From Auanema rhodensis (lineage: Eukaryota; Animalia; Nematoda): 64,000 nt of DNA. Each line of letters opens with the position of its first letter. The first letter of the stretch is position 1. The position numbers and the translations under genes are program-made. Shown piece after piece: positions 37,444-53,082 of the stretch. The notes below the pieces were generated by a model that saw only the letters and a program-made list of their open reading frames with translations, was not told the DNA's origin and did not search any database. The stretch is from the NCBI GenBank assembly GCA_964057225.1, contig OZ059894.1:14756001-14820000 (forward strand). The letters run 5' to 3'.

Positions 37444-38651
37444 AGCTAACAGAGTTTGAAGAGAATTCGTGACAGGCTGATGCCAAAAGAGAGATGACGT
37501 GCAAAGAGATGCTTCTGTTTCTAAAATGCTGGTTCTGACCACGATGACATGACTGAAAGTTGGTATGAAACGATGTTTGAAAGTTAAAAATAATAGGAAA
37601 TAAGCAACAAATGAAAGAGGAAGAGCTTAATTGCGATCGTTTTAAGATTGTCTGACAGTAGTAGCTTGCGAAGGACATTGAATTTGGATAACTTCTGTTG
37701 AGTGATGTGAACTCAATTTTCAAAAACTAATGAGCTGATTCCGTAGTAGTTGTCGCTCTCTTTAACGCTCTCTTTGGATTCTATCGAGCTCTTGCAGCGT
37801 GATATGACAAGAAAACTATTCAAGAGTGATTCTCTTTCAGAAGCTTGTAAAGGGGAAATGGAAGATATTAGATAGGAGAAGTAAGGGAAGGATATATCTG
37901 CGATGAGAGTAGGCGGAGCGAAAGCAAGAGCATGAGCTTGTGAAGGGATGGATCCAAGGACAGCTTTAAAGTGAAAAAGAGGCGGTAACATGGTAGAAGA
38001 GAATAACTCAAGAGCTTGGACTAAATTGAGAAAAGCTGATGGAAAGAAAAACTAAAGATATTTGGCAAAGTTGTCTTCCTGTTTTTCAATTTTTTTTTAA
38101 TATAAAATAGAAATTATTAAGAAAAACAAGATTTTGTTCAACTTTTTTTTCAAGAGAAAAGTCAAGCTAGTGGAGAAACAGAAACAGAAAAGAGAGAAGT
38201 AAAAGAAAAATGTAACATAAGTCACTTAAAAGGAAAAAATTCATCTGCTATTTCCCTTGAGGGAGCGGATAAGTTGTGAGGTTAAATGACAACGAAGAAC
38301 TTTAAACGAAGTAAAATATATGATATGAACAAGAAAACATATAAATGTATGTAGATGAATTGATATCTGCTAATGCAAATTGAATTTCTATAAGAATTTT
38401 AAAAAATTTATAAAAGTAAAACCTTTAAAAGCCTAGTATTCAAGCTTTTATGCATTGTCATTGTCGATAATTTCTCGTTCTCAATGTTTTTTTTCGGCAT
38501 CATTTACTCATTCATTCACTCTTGCTCTCATTCGTATATGAAAGAAAAAAAATCAAATCATCTATGATGTTGGTAGTGCTTGAAAACGATAGAAAGACAA
38601 TGACGAAGTACATTTTCTTTATGGGTCATTAACGATGATGATCACTATGAG

Positions 38652-38690
<39 letters not shown>

Positions 38691-39488
38691 AATATAATAT
38701 ATAATTAAGTTATAAACATAAAATATTTTTTTTAGTGGACCTAACATGAAATAAGAAATTATGACAACAAATACATGAAACAAGGAAGGACAACTGATCA
38801 TTATTAGTATTATAAAAGCATGAAATAATGAGATGAAACGTGATCGCAGAATGCTTCACGCCATCTAATTAGAATATATGACACTTTTTGATATTATTTT
38901 TCAAAAATTATTGTAAAATAATATTTTTATTTGAAAATATATATCCTTTGTTGCTAACTGAGAGCAACCCCATGGAAATGGTGTAAATGATGTGAAATCA
39001 CTTTTTATAAAAATAATGGATTCATATAACGAAGATGTTCAAGTTTTCTTTAAAAAAAAACAAAACTGAAACATAATAATGATTTAGAAAGTTTTATTGT
39101 GGATAGAAATGCTCCAATTTGCTAACTGAGGAGGCGGTTCTCGTAAAATACGAGATGGATTTGCGAAGTTTTGACCAATAAATGTTGATCAAAACTTTGA
39201 ATAAAGCTTAGCTAATTTCATTTAAGACATTGTTTGAGGTGTTGATCTGTTTTTAACGTTTATTGCATTCTATTTTCGTTTTTTTTTAAAAAAAAAAATA
39301 CCAACGAGACAACTGAAGTTGCAAGATGTACATGTATGTGGCAATGTAAGTAGACAATTGGTACATACAACAATTCAAAAAAATAAAAATAATCTCGTTT
39401 TTATAAAAAAATGTATAAAAAGAATAAATTGATAAGAAAATATTCAGAATAGTGAGTAAGCTAAAGAGCTAAAAAGAGAGAACGATAT

Positions 39489-39709
<221 letters not shown>

Positions 39710-41699
39710 GGTGGGAAGTATAAGTAATATATAACATGGAACTTAGCGGGGATAAGGTTGATGTCAAAATATGTCGACACTTACAGCTTGTTGAAATATA
39801 TTTAGTGGAAATTAGAAAATATTTTAGAAAACATCTCAACTTTATAACTTATAATACAATACATAATAGTAGTCTTTTTATATTTACTACACTACTACCT
39901 ATATAAATTATCATCTTTTTATTTTATAAACATCAAACTTTTCTAAAGAATGTCCTTTGAAATTGAAAAATAATAGCAAAATATAATATAATAATATAAT
40001 ATTAACGAGAAGAATTATATTCCTAAATTGCTTCATCAAAATGGTTTTTTTCCCGCTTCCCTTTCACTTTAAAGCTTATAGCTTTTCAATTTTTTTCTTT
40101 CTTGATACCATAGTTTGATCTTTTTCATATTTTATTTTGACTTCCGAACAAATAAAAAAAAACAAGAAATGTGAATGGGAAAAACAAAAAAAAGAAAATA
40201 GAATATAACCATTCGTTAAGAATCTGGTGAAATCTTTAAAATATCCTAAGACAATTTCACATACATATCTAGCTATCTATGCACATATACATATAGTAGA
40301 GAGATAGAGGGGGAGAGGGAGAGAAACTAAAATAATTCATAAAAGATGAAGAAATATTTGAAAGGAAAACCATTTTTATGTTCTAAAAGATGAATTATGG
40401 TGTTTTGAAAACATCAACGAAAGCGTTTGAAAACGTTTTGGTGTAGGGCAAGTGATAAAGTTAACAAGTTGTTATGTCATAGTTAAGTTTATTATATTGC
40501 TAAAAATTGAAATAAAGAAGGAATCTTATTTCATGAAAGAGCAAGAGTGTCATGTCTAGATAATGGGATATAAAGTCAAAAGTTGTTTCAATAAAGCTCT
40601 GAGAATACGATCATCTTAAGTGAAATGAGCCGAACTGGATAGAAAATGAGATAGAAAGGTAGAATGACATGCTATGTTTCAAAGAATACATAGATTACTA
40701 TAAAATACATAAATTCTATTTGGCCACGGATGCAATTCTGCAGGTATGGTGATGTTTCTCAAATTACTTAAACTATTCTTCGATTTCGTTTTAAGATAAA
40801 GAATATCCTCGTTTTTACATTCTTAATATCCAATAACTTCTTCCCAGGAGGACAAGACTTAATTCGATTATTCATTTATTTGAAATAAAATGTTTTAAAG
40901 AAAAAATTTAAATAGAAAAAAAAAAAATTTTTTCTTTATTAAATGATATTTTTTTATAAATATTACATGTAGAAGAAGATGGAAAGCTATTGAAACGATC
41001 AAAAACATGGATAAGAAGAAGGAAAAAAAAAGAAGTTTATGTATAGATAAAGAGATATACAAAATACATATATGTTTATGTTTATCTACAATTATAAGAA
41101 ATGTGTCATTGTGATTAAGATGGAATGAAGCTCAATATGCTGTAGGTGACACACAACTAACGAATTTCTTAATAACGTAAACGATGAAAATGGAAATGTA
41201 AAAAGAAATATTAGAAAGGAGGAATATTCAAATGATAGACTGACAAGATGAGACAAGATGAGACAAGAAACGAAATACAGCAAGTATGGGTATGTGTGTG
41301 TGTGTGGGTGGGTGTGTGGCAGATTTTAAGAAACAAAGTATACATATACATACAACATGTCCTGAGCAAATTTGTGACTAAAACAAAATAAAATTTTTAA
41401 AATGATGGATGATATCTGAGATGAGAAGTCAAGAAGAGGAACAGTGAAAAAGCGGACGATGGAGAAGACAACGACGACAACTTGAACGGCTTGTTGCATC
41501 ATTTGTCAACCAAAAAGGCATCTGACGGCTGTAGCGTACGAACAAGCAGAAACATATAGAATGTCGTCTCAGAATCTCCCGTTTACAATTTTCAAACTTT
41601 TTTCTTATCGAAGCTCAAATCCCAAAAAAATACGAGCAATCTTGCTTAAGTTTACATTGATGAGCTTTAGTAGACCAGAGGTTTAGCATGAACCAAGAA

Positions 41700-43052
41700 T
41701 CAAGCTCTTTTCACTTTATCCATTATATCGTCAGTCAATTGAATTTCAGGTTCTCTTGATGCTAACATATATACCTGAAAATAATTTATATTAAACCTAT
41801 AATTTATAAAAAAATTTCAGATTTAAATAATGTATCATTGAAGAAACAACTTTAATTATAGTAGTTCAACTTACCGCAAAAGTAACAGTCAGAATAATAT
41901 AGAAGAACATAATAATTCGGTCAATCATACGAGTGATTTGTTGCCATTCGAACTTTATTCTACGAAGTTCTTTTTCTGAAATAAAATGCTTTAAAGTTTG
42001 TCATTTAAATTATTTTTACCAGCATTCATAGAGTTTTTAATATCATCTAAGACATGACGAACTTTAAGTAAACCCATAGCAGTTTCTTTGGCAAAATATA
42101 TATTATCATTGATAGTTTCTTTCTAAAAATTAATAAAAACACTTTCTGAAGTATTAATGAAGATCCTTACTAATGAAGTTTTAACTTGATTTTCTATTTC
42201 TTCTAATTGTACAACATGAGACTTTTTCTCAGTTACTGTATGATATCCATTTGATTGATATTTACCATTTGCTGGTGAATTTTCAAAGAAAAAGCTATAC
42301 ATCTGAAATTATTTTATTTGTTTTTTAAATTTTCTAGATTATCTTCAAAGATTTACCACAGCTGATTCACTTGGACGTCGTCTTCGTTTTGGTAGTTGGA
42401 AGGAGAATGCCCAAGATATATAAGGATTTCCGGCTATTGAATTGAAGAAAAAGTCTCGAACCTGAGGATCAACCTGAAAGAAATTTCAATTTGCTGCTTG
42501 AGTTTTCGAGTTTGTATTATTCGTACCTGACTTCCAGCATTTCCTCTCATTTGGTAACTAAGAGTAAGAGTTGTTGTAAATGCCGCTATAAATATCAAGA
42601 ATATAAGTCCAATATAATATTTTCCGATTAAAGGAATAACTTCTGAGGTAGCTGGTACTTCATCTGATACCATCATCACTGTAAAATATATTGTATCATG
42701 TTTCCCTCCAAACTTCATCAGAATTTGATTGCTTTTGAGTTTTTTCATTTCAGATTTCAAAAAATGTTTGACAACTGTCAATTATGGTGATCATTCTTAG
42801 TAAAAGAAAAAATGACAATTTCAATTTCAAAAGCTATTAAAGTACAAAAGAAAAAGGAAATTTTAGAAATGAGTAAACTCAAGGGAATTTTCAAAGCAAA
42901 GGAAGAAACATTCAATGTTTCGAAGATAAAAAAATTATTTTAAGAATTCAATAAGCTCTTTTTCATTCAAAAATTCATATGCAACTTGTCGGATCAGCTT
43001 TAATCCAAATTTTCTTTTTTTTTACTTAAAATGTAGTTTATGTTCATTTTTC

Positions 43053-43085
<33 letters not shown>

Positions 43086-46000
43086 TCTAGAACAACAATT
43101 CATCATTGAATGTTGACTGAAATGAATAAATTTTTTTTGAAATAGACATACTGATAATGGCCATGGATAGAAGAGCTGTCACGCCTAAAGAGACTTTTTC
43201 CGTATTCTCTCCGGTAGTTGAATGAGGAGTGAAAAATCCGACAATGGTGACAACGGTGATAAATGCCGAGGGAATAACCAAGCTGAAGCATGAAATATTT
43301 TAAAATTATAATAATTTTTTTCTTCAAGAATTTTGATGAAAAATGATTTCATATTCTATATATCTTTGTTAATTTTAAGGAAATTCATCTTCTACTGTAT
43401 GACGACGTACTCATTTAGAATATCACGTGAAAATTAAATGCTTGACGTGAAAATCACGTCATTTTGATTTAATGTTTCATGAAACGGCTGTCAATTTTAT
43501 TTTTTTTTCAATCATTTTACTATATATTTATAATATTTGTAGATATGTATGCATATATACTATACCTAAATATATAATAGCTGGGAGATCGTCGAAGAAC
43601 CATAAAGTACGTAACATCCGGAAATGGATGAGGACAACAATCATATCTTTTCACATATGTTTTGACGCTTAAATTGAAAAACATAAATTCTCATAAAAAT
43701 TTCGAATGAGTACCGGAATTCCGTCAGAGTCCATTCCGTATTTCTGATGTACAGCTCCAGATTGTCAGTGTTTTCTGTGGCTGCCAAATTCAATTTACTT
43801 CCGTCCATGGACCAAGATGCAAATGTCAAGTAGCACACCTGAGGAACAAAAGTTTTTCTTTTTACAAATATGATAAAAGAATGTAATTTGATGGAAACTT
43901 TGAAGATTTTTTCAAAAAATTAATTTTAAATAAGAAAAAATATTTACATGTCTCATTACTTATGAATAGCAAGTTTATTGAAATGTTTGAATTGATTCAA
44001 CAAATGCTTTTAAGTATTACTTTGTAAATATGAATTTGTTAGAATTTAAGAGAAAAAAAAGATTACAAACGAAATAAAACAAAAATGAAGCTAATTGTAC
44101 CTGTTGATCAAATGGAAATTGTTCTAAATTTAAGTTGCAACTGACATCCGTAATCAGTGATCGAAATAGCATTACATGACCCGTACTATTAACTATAGCA
44201 TTTGTTTCCATTTCATTTTCTTCTACATTCATATTTGCACTTGAAAAAAAGAGAAAATTAGATTAATATATATATATATATAATTTATATTTATATAGTT
44301 AAGAACATACTTGTTGTATACAAGAACATCAGGCTTCCAAATCTTATTTGATGGAACGTGAATCTTTGTTAGATTTCCGAATTTCTTTGGATCCCATGTT
44401 AACGTTTCGTCTCTCCAATACTCAAAATACAAAAATTAAACTATACGAACTAGCTATACGGCTGTTAACATGAAATTTATAGTTTTGCACAAAGACTTAC
44501 TAGTTCTAGCCAGCAATACACATTTACAATTTGATCGCGTTCATCTACTTTTAATATTTGTTTCAACCAAAATTTCATTTGGATATTAAGTGTTGATGAC
44601 TGAAATATATAAACTTTGATATTTTGAAATATTTCTCTTAATCTTCCATTATTTATTTTAAAACTTTATATGTTTATAATATAGTTTGTAAAAGTTATAC
44701 TATTGTTCAATGAATGAATGTATTTGTCTGAAATAGTTGAAAGAAAGTGCTTGTTCATATAGTTCATTTGTATTAACACATTGAAGAATTTGCATTTTTT
44801 CAAAAAAAAAATATAAAAAAATGTTGAAAACATGTTGTAAGCTACCTCATTGAGAACAGGTCGTAATTCTTTCTGATATCCCATGAATAAATGATCATAT
44901 AGAATTCGCATATCCGTTCGAAAACGAGGTTCAGGTTGAACCTAAAAGTTCTCCGTTTAATGTTGAAAAACTAATGTTTTTCCTACTTGAACTGTAGTAA
45001 AATGATTTTGGATAATATGATCATTGTGATCAAAACTTGAACCTAATGATTGCTGCTGGTGATTTGATTCGGCCCATATTGGAGAAAGATCCTAAATAAT
45101 ATGAATTAAGTCTGGAAAGTAGATTTTATTTTGTGATTCAAATTTGAAGAACATTTTTACATAAATTTTTGTCAAAAAAGATGAATCAATCTATATAATA
45201 TTGATTTTATATTAAATATTATAAATTATTTCCAAAATATTCTATTTAAAGAATATTTTAGAGATGAAAACTTTTTTTCTCTTAATACATTTTAGTTAAA
45301 CAAGCAATTTCTCAGTATGAAAGTGCCTTATAACATATGATCTAAGTTTGAATTATAATTTTAAAATAATATTATTTTTCATAATTATTATCATCAAATT
45401 GTCATTTAATATGTATCTATTGATGTATATTCCAGTTGATGAGGCAGTGACAATAGTATGTTGATGAGACAGAATCCACTGTCTGTCTCATGTTATTGAT
45501 GATGATATGATGAGAGAAGCTTTATTCGTTTAAGCTTTTAATTCATTAGCCATAGACTTGTATTTTTCAGGTTTCATCTCATATTTACTTTGAAAAAAAA
45601 AATTTTTTTTTCCGAATAATTTAAAAAATGCACATGTCGTGGAAGAACCTGAATAGTCAGGAGAAACAGAGAGATTGAGTTACCAGCACGATGAGTGCGC
45701 AAGGATAGCTAGGATGTGAGAGATGACACACATATGTATATCATCATTGCATATTTAAAAAACTTGAAACAAAACAAATTTTTGGAAAAAGAATTAGATG
45801 GAACATTAGGAATTATTCTTATACATGTAGATGAACTAGAAAAGTTCAGGGATTCTGAAGAAATGATGCTGGGATCCAGACAAATAGTTATATTTGCCTA
45901 TCCCATTTTCAGCTGCTTTGAAATATAATTAGCTATTTCTTTAGGCAATTTCGGATAATTGACCGTCAAGAGTTAAATTACCGAAAGAAAGAAAGATAAA

Positions 46001-46330
46001 GAGAAGTATGGAGCAAAAGATATTGAGAGATAATAAGTAAAACAGAGAGAAAGAGAGAAAATTATAAAAAGTGAGAGTTCAAGAAGAAGTTGTGTAAGTA
46101 GTTCAAATATCTGATCAAAGTTCTGATAATAGATCAGCATCTTACTATGGTTTTTTTTCAATTTGAGCTAATGCTTAATTGAAATTTATAAAAAAACATA
46201 TAAATAAAATAATTACAATTTGTTATTTAAATGTAAATTAATTAAAATTAAATAATTATATTAGTTATATATGTACCTGTGACCAAACCAGTTGATTTAT
46301 TATAATAAAGGCATAAAGCACGTAGTACAT
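41700..46330 (-). CDS. Nicotinic acetylcholine receptor alpha-type subunit (tentatively ACR-26-like)
   Basis: Signal peptide MYYVLYAFIIINQLVWSQ, GYQKELRPVLNE, IWKPDVLVYNN, Cys-loop CNLNLEQFPFDQQVC, FASWSMDG, loop C RYDCCPHPFPD, TM1-3 [43 protein letters not shown]...IPLIGKYYIGLIFLIF, TM4 and ...DKVKRA*. The first exon is less certain. Confidence 0.93.
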
Positions 46331-47067
46331 GATCACATTCTTATATTTCGATCCATCTGAAATATAGATGAATATCAAGAAAATAGGGAATATACACCTG
46401 TTTATCTTTGACATATGAAGCCAAATATCAAAAAAAAAATACAAAATACTATTACGTTGCAAAGGAAAAAATATTTCATGATATTTTGATGGAAGACATG
46501 AATAGAAGCTTAAAACAAAAAATAAAACTTTAAGAACAATAACAAAATCAAATTTCAAAATTAATTGTAAAAGAAAGATTTGAATAATTTCTAAATTAAA
46601 CTTATATTATAATAATTATTAAAATAAAAAAAGATATTAAAAAAAATAAATAATATAAACATATTTGAAGAAAAAAAGAAAAAGAAAAAAATAATGATGA
46701 ATAGCATACAAACAAGGAATTTAAATAGATTTATTACATAGTGATAGATGAAATACCTTCAAAATACTCAGCTCTATCTTCATATGTTAAAAGATATAAA
46801 TATTTTTCTCTTTGATCACTAACTATTCAGATATTTAATACCTTCAGAGAGAAAATGAACCCAAATAACCAAAACACTGGCAAAAAAATAAAAAGAAAAT
46901 AGGAGAAGAGTTGAAGATTAGGCATGGACATCGTCTGGTTGAAATAGTGAGATGGGTGGGGGCGGGCTTGTCTTGTTGGAGACTTGTGGTATATATGCCA
47001 TGATGGTTGGCAGAAAGATATGTATGGAAACAGCTAGTGAGAAGGAATATTATAGAGAAAAACATAA

Positions 47068-47176
<109 letters not shown>

Positions 47177-50030
47177 GAAGGAACTGAAGTAACCGTGTTG
47201 CACGTTAACATCGTTACAACTAAATAGTGCTTTTCACGTTGCGGGCGTTACGTTTCACGTGAAAAAAATTCAAATTTGATGTTCAAAGTACAGCACTGAT
47301 TTGAATATGTTAGTAGTAAAGCCGAATATCTTTTTTTTGCCAAATTACTGATGTGAGGAAGAAAAATCGTAATATTTCATTTTAGTCAAATACTCAAAAC
47401 TGCTAAGCTGACCACATTGCAAATAAGAGAGGAAAATTGAAATTCATGAATATCTACAAAGAGGAAAGTAGCTGATATGTAATAATGAACTGAATTTCAT
47501 GGAAACTTTCGCTTTCATCTTTAGGTTTATACTAAATACACATGGTAATGAGGATGAACGATGAATTCAAATGAGACAATATCATCATCCATTTAATAAA
47601 CAAAAACGAAAGAAATATGAAAGTTTTTGAAAAGAAGCCAAGCTTTTATATTATTTTTCAAGTTTAAAATATGCTAAATACATATAATTTAGCTGAAAAG
47701 AGTGGATGCGACTGATATAATTTAAATTGAAAAGTACTCAAACATGTTTGGGCAGTAGCTTAACGACAAGCAGTTCTCACATAATCTATTCGTTTTTCCT
47801 AAAAAAAGAAACTTGTATGACGTGAATTTTATACAAAAAGGACAACAAGAGAAGTTGAAAGAAATTGGAAGAGTAGAAGCCACACATCTAAGAGGAAAAG
47901 AGTGAGTGATAGAAAGAGAAAGAGAGAGAAAAGGAGAGAGAAAAGGAGAGAGAAAGAGAGAAAGAGAGAGAGAGTGAGAGAGAAAGACAGAGAAAGAGAA
48001 AATACGAGGGGAAGGAGAAATGAAGGATGATTGTTTAAAAGAAAAGTTGTCTTCGTTCATTATAACATTGAGAATTTTAATAGTTTTTACATGATGACAA
48101 AGAAATAAAGTTCATAAAACTGTAAATTTAAGCAGATTCAAGCTTACAAATAATTTGAAACTTAATAGCATATTGCACTAACTGTTCAGACAACGCTCAT
48201 CCAATTAAAACTTGAATTTAAGCTGTAAATTTTAAGAAATAATTGAATAAATTGACAGAAAGATGACAAATAATTAGTGATTACTATATATTGAAATTCT
48301 GGTCGAAAGCTATGGTTGACGGGATTCCTAAAAAAAACTTGAAAAGAAAACATATCTTAAAATAGTCTGCTTGAAACTTCCAGTTATTCACTACACATTA
48401 CACTTCAAATGAAGCTATTTGGGAGCAGGTGCTGGTTGACGCTTCTCAATTTGAAGTTTTAGGTCAATTCAGAATATTTGAAATAATTCATTAAAACTTT
48501 GTATAAATTGAAACAGCTGTGAGTATCATCCGTGTCGGCAGCAGTTTGACATCGTCGTGTGTCGTCCGTTTTCATTTTTTGTTGCTTGCGGCTTCGATGC
48601 CGTCATTGAGAACGCCTCCAGAAGTCTGATTATTGCATCTAATATTGAAAGTAGAAAAGAAAAAAAGCATAGAATATAGTATAATCTATGTGCTTTTGCC
48701 GATACTTGTTACTTATGTGCCTTACTTCAAACTCTATATGTTTCTGATGAATGGCTCAGTTTTCCAAACAGAGAGCATCACGTGCAGAACAAAAATGAAA
48801 GTAAAATATTTTCTTTTGGAAAAAATATTTAAACCGAGTATTTTATATAAATAAATACAACAAAGAATGTGTGTAGCTTGGCATACTATACGTAGAAACC
48901 ATATATCTGAAGAATTTTGAAAATGACAGAAAAATGCTAAATGAACGGAGATTTACGGATTTCAAAAGATTTTTCAAATTTGAAATAGAGACGTATGCAT
49001 GTAGATGTATTGAGACGGATATGTTGATGTAGGAAATGAATTTTTTTATATATTTAAAGGTTTTCACTCAATGTAATGAGAAAAAAGAATTAATTTCTCA
49101 TTGTCTTTCTCAAGAAACGAAGATGAGCTATCTATCTATCCTCTAGTAATTCTGCTGCAATTGACTTCTAACTTCAATTATAGACAATTGATTATAGCTA
49201 GGTAGCATGCTGATGAAAGAAAAGGTTGGAAGATAAATGAAGGTAATGGCAAGGCAAGTCCAGTCCGTGACGTCTACATTGCCGTTGGCTATAACGACGA
49301 ATGGACTTTTCAACCTCTCCAGAATTCATGTGCTGTCCGATAAATAAATGAAAAAGATAGATGAGCCTTTTACATGATTTTCCGGTGGTTCCTTCTATGG
49401 GTATGTTGAGACATACATCAAGATAATTTAGTTCTTAAGCTGAATCGTAGCAATAGGGGTGAAAATATAAAGATTCAGCAGTAAGATACTAATCATTCTT
49501 CAATTAAATTTATTTTATGTCAAAAATATTATTTTAATATCTTTTTACGATGACTTTATGATTACATTTATGTAAACATGTAAACAATCCGTGCTTCAAT
49601 GTCCAGAACAAATTTTAATTTGAAGCAACTTTATACGAAAAGTACTATGGAATTAGCTATTACTATCTAAAGCTTTTTCTATAGTTTTTTTTTCATTTAA
49701 ACTCATCAAATTTATTTTTTTAACAATTAAAGAGAACGACTCTAGAGAATAATTTAATTTTTTTCAATATTATTTTATATTGTAAAAGGTTAAATATAAT
49801 TCTAAAAAAAAAAAATAACTATAAGGTAAGGCACTTTTTCATTTTTATTTTTTCTTTTTCATTATTATAATAAAGATATAAATTATTCTTTAAAATCTTA
49901 AATTATCAAATATTCCATTACTGATTTATCTTTTCTTCGTTTTTTTTTTGAAAAAGAACCGTTTTATATTTAAATTATTGTCTGTGGTAAAAAAAATCTT
50001 GCTCTTCCTATATATTAACATCTATAAATT

Positions 50031-50143
<113 letters not shown>

Positions 50144-51474
50144 ATCCTTTTCATTTTTCTTGACCAGGAAAATTCTTGAATTTAAAAATGATTTCTTCAG
50201 CTTTTTAAAATCTTGTCGACATCAAAGGGCATTCTATTCCGAATGCTTACGATGATTACATTTTCAAAAATTTCGGATAAAATAATGTCAAGAACTAGAC
50301 TAAGAATAGAAACGAATAAATTTACTATAAGGTTATTCAAATTTGAATATTTAAATTTAAAAAAAAAAGAAAAAAAACAGTGTTAGACATATCGTTAAGT
50401 ATAACTAAATATTTGAAAAAAAGGGGAAATGAAAAATGAAATAAGCAGACGCATAGATACATGTCATAACTTCATTTTTTACCTAATATGCATTAGTCTT
50501 TTGGAATTTAAGGATTTTTCTTGTCAATATAAGCTAAAGAATGTTTATGTTGGATACCAACTGATGGATTCAAAATATTTTTCATTTATCCATCTGGAAA
50601 GAGAAGACGAACGACGAAATTCCTGAAAAGGCACCTCTCAGCTTGTCGAGGTAAATATCACAAAAAAATCTTTTTCTCATCACAATGACGTAAATTCACT
50701 ATAATGGATATTAACGATTCAAATAAATTTTGTTATTTTACACTAAAAGCTAATAATAGTAAGTAAAAGCTAATTGAGAATTCGGTGACGGTCAGATCAG
50801 AAATGAGGATAACGAGATCTTTTTTGCGTTGAAGCAGTCTGTCCTCCGATAATGATGTCAATATCAATAAGATGAAGTTGAATCTATTCTGTGAATCAGA
50901 CATCAATATCATTTCCTACTTTTCTTATTGGGAGATATGAAATGAGGTTGAATTTGAATATGCTTGCTTAAACGGAGATATCTGTATTTTCAAGGGACAC
51001 ACAACGTATGTGCAAAAAAGAGCTGAAAGTTTAGAATAAAGGGATTTAGAGGATTTTACTATAAGGGTCAAATGGCTGATTCAATTTCATAAAATTAGCT
51101 GACATTTAGACATTACTGAGAACAAAAAACACAACAAATCATTAGATTTGACTATATACATACATATATTTGTATATAACTATATATAACTATATATATA
51201 GTTATATAACTAAAAATAAATTTTTATTATTTAAGAAATATTATGATATTTCTTGAACAAACTCAATCTAGTTACATTTAAGGCTTAAATTTCAGTTTGG
51301 ATATCGTCTTCAATTTTCTCAAACTCCAATATTTATTGTCTCGTTGACCCAAGTTATATCAAGATTTTAGTACGTATTCAGTTCTTTTCTTATTATAAAT
51401 TAAGTTTTCTTTAATTTTTTAATTCAACTATAACATATATTTATTTATTTTTTAATTGTTATAACAAATCAGTT

Positions 51475-53082
51475 ATGTTTGCTCAATTATTAACATCATG
51501 TTGTCATGATATACAATTAAAAATATTGGAGCAGGTATGATATCTTTGAATTGAAATATTAAATATTTGAAATTTTACCAAATACAACCGTTTTACATGC
51601 AAATTGACGTGAAAATGATTTAATTGATTAAATTTTTTCTTTCATTTACATAAAAATTCAGTTTTTAGTATGCAAATTGAGTGACTTAAAAAACTAATTC
51701 ATTAAGTAAATTATATAAATATATATATATATACTATATATAATGATATAACTAGTTTTTTTATTATAATATTAATATTTTTTTATTTAGTTTTAATTAA
51801 TTTTAATATTTTGGGGTTTAAACATATTCATATATTGATTTAAAACTTAAAACATAAGTATGTTAATCCTCTGGTTACTATTCAATTACTGATTTTCCCT
51901 ACATATAGTATACATGACAAATTACAAAAAAAAATACAAAAATAACTGATATTACTGTTCTGCAAAAACTTGTAATTGTTTTTGTGTTATAGTTAGACAC
52001 AACAAGCCTGGTGAATTTAAGTTATACCTGCAATTCATTGAACCAACTTGTCTTGGAATCACGTCAGACATATCTTAAACTGAATGTAAAGAAACTTGTT
52101 ATTACAGATGAAGTTTGCAATTCTTTATTTACAATATCATATAAATATAATAATTTAGAAGAAAATTAGTGGTTGTATGAAAAATTATATTAATATACGT
52201 CATGGCTTACCTTTAAACTTTCAAAATGTTCAAATATTGCAGCTTAAAGTTCGTAATGTAAGCATAATTTAAGAACTTAATTTGATTAATTTTAAATATT
52301 TATTTATATGAAATATAAATTTTTGTTGCAGGTATCTGTGAAAAATGCTTTTTGCTCTGAAATAAGAAAATATTTGTTGGAAAAAAAAATAAAAATACAA
52401 AATATTGTATTCGTCTCGTGTACGTTTCCTTGTACTGTAAATTTCTTAATTAAATGCTTGGATGACTTGAAGTTGGAAACAGTTCGGACAACATTTTCAA
52501 GAAGTATGATCTCTCTATATGCAGTTGAAAATCTTAAAAAGGTAATGTATGATTATTGAATGTCTATAATTTATATATTATATAAATGTATATCTTAAAT
52601 ACTAATTAACATCAAATTTTTGTTTTTTTTTCAGTTTAAACATCTTTCTTTTGATAATATGTCTGGGTTGTCAATAGTAAATTGCTTACTAAATGTAAAT
52701 GAATTACATTTAGAAAAATCAGACATGATTACATCAGGAAATATCATAGCATTTATCAAGGTATATTCAAAATTAATTTATTCTTATAATTATTTGAAAT
52801 TTAATGTTTTTCAATAACAATATACTACAACTACATATATATGTATTTCAGGCATGGCAATCACAACTTAATTGCTTCGAAAAATGCTCCATCAAAACAG
52901 TTCACAAGCTTGATACAGCAAAAATTATTTGTAACCTAAAATCCACCAGAAGCCTAACAGATGAGCACAAAGATGACGACATCATCCTTTTCTGCTTACA
53001 TCATTTGCAGACAACTAAACAGTATTTACGTATTATTATCTCAGAATTCTACTTTTCTGCAGAGAAAATATCGAAAAATTGA
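51475..53082 (+). CDS. F-box protein (nematode F-box/FBA-like)
   Basis: Six in-phase exons. N-terminal F-box-like MFAQLLTSCCHDIQLKILEQ|LDTTSLVNLSYTCNSLNQLV, C-terminal LHLEKSDMITSGNIIAFIK|AWQ motif typical of nematode F-box-associated domains, stop at 53080-53082. Confidence 0.78.

Noticed and set aside
38253-38264. TCCCTTGAGGGA as a COE/UNC-3 site upstream of the nAChR
   Set aside because: Half-site spacing is 4 nt rather than the 2 nt of TCCCNNGGGA.
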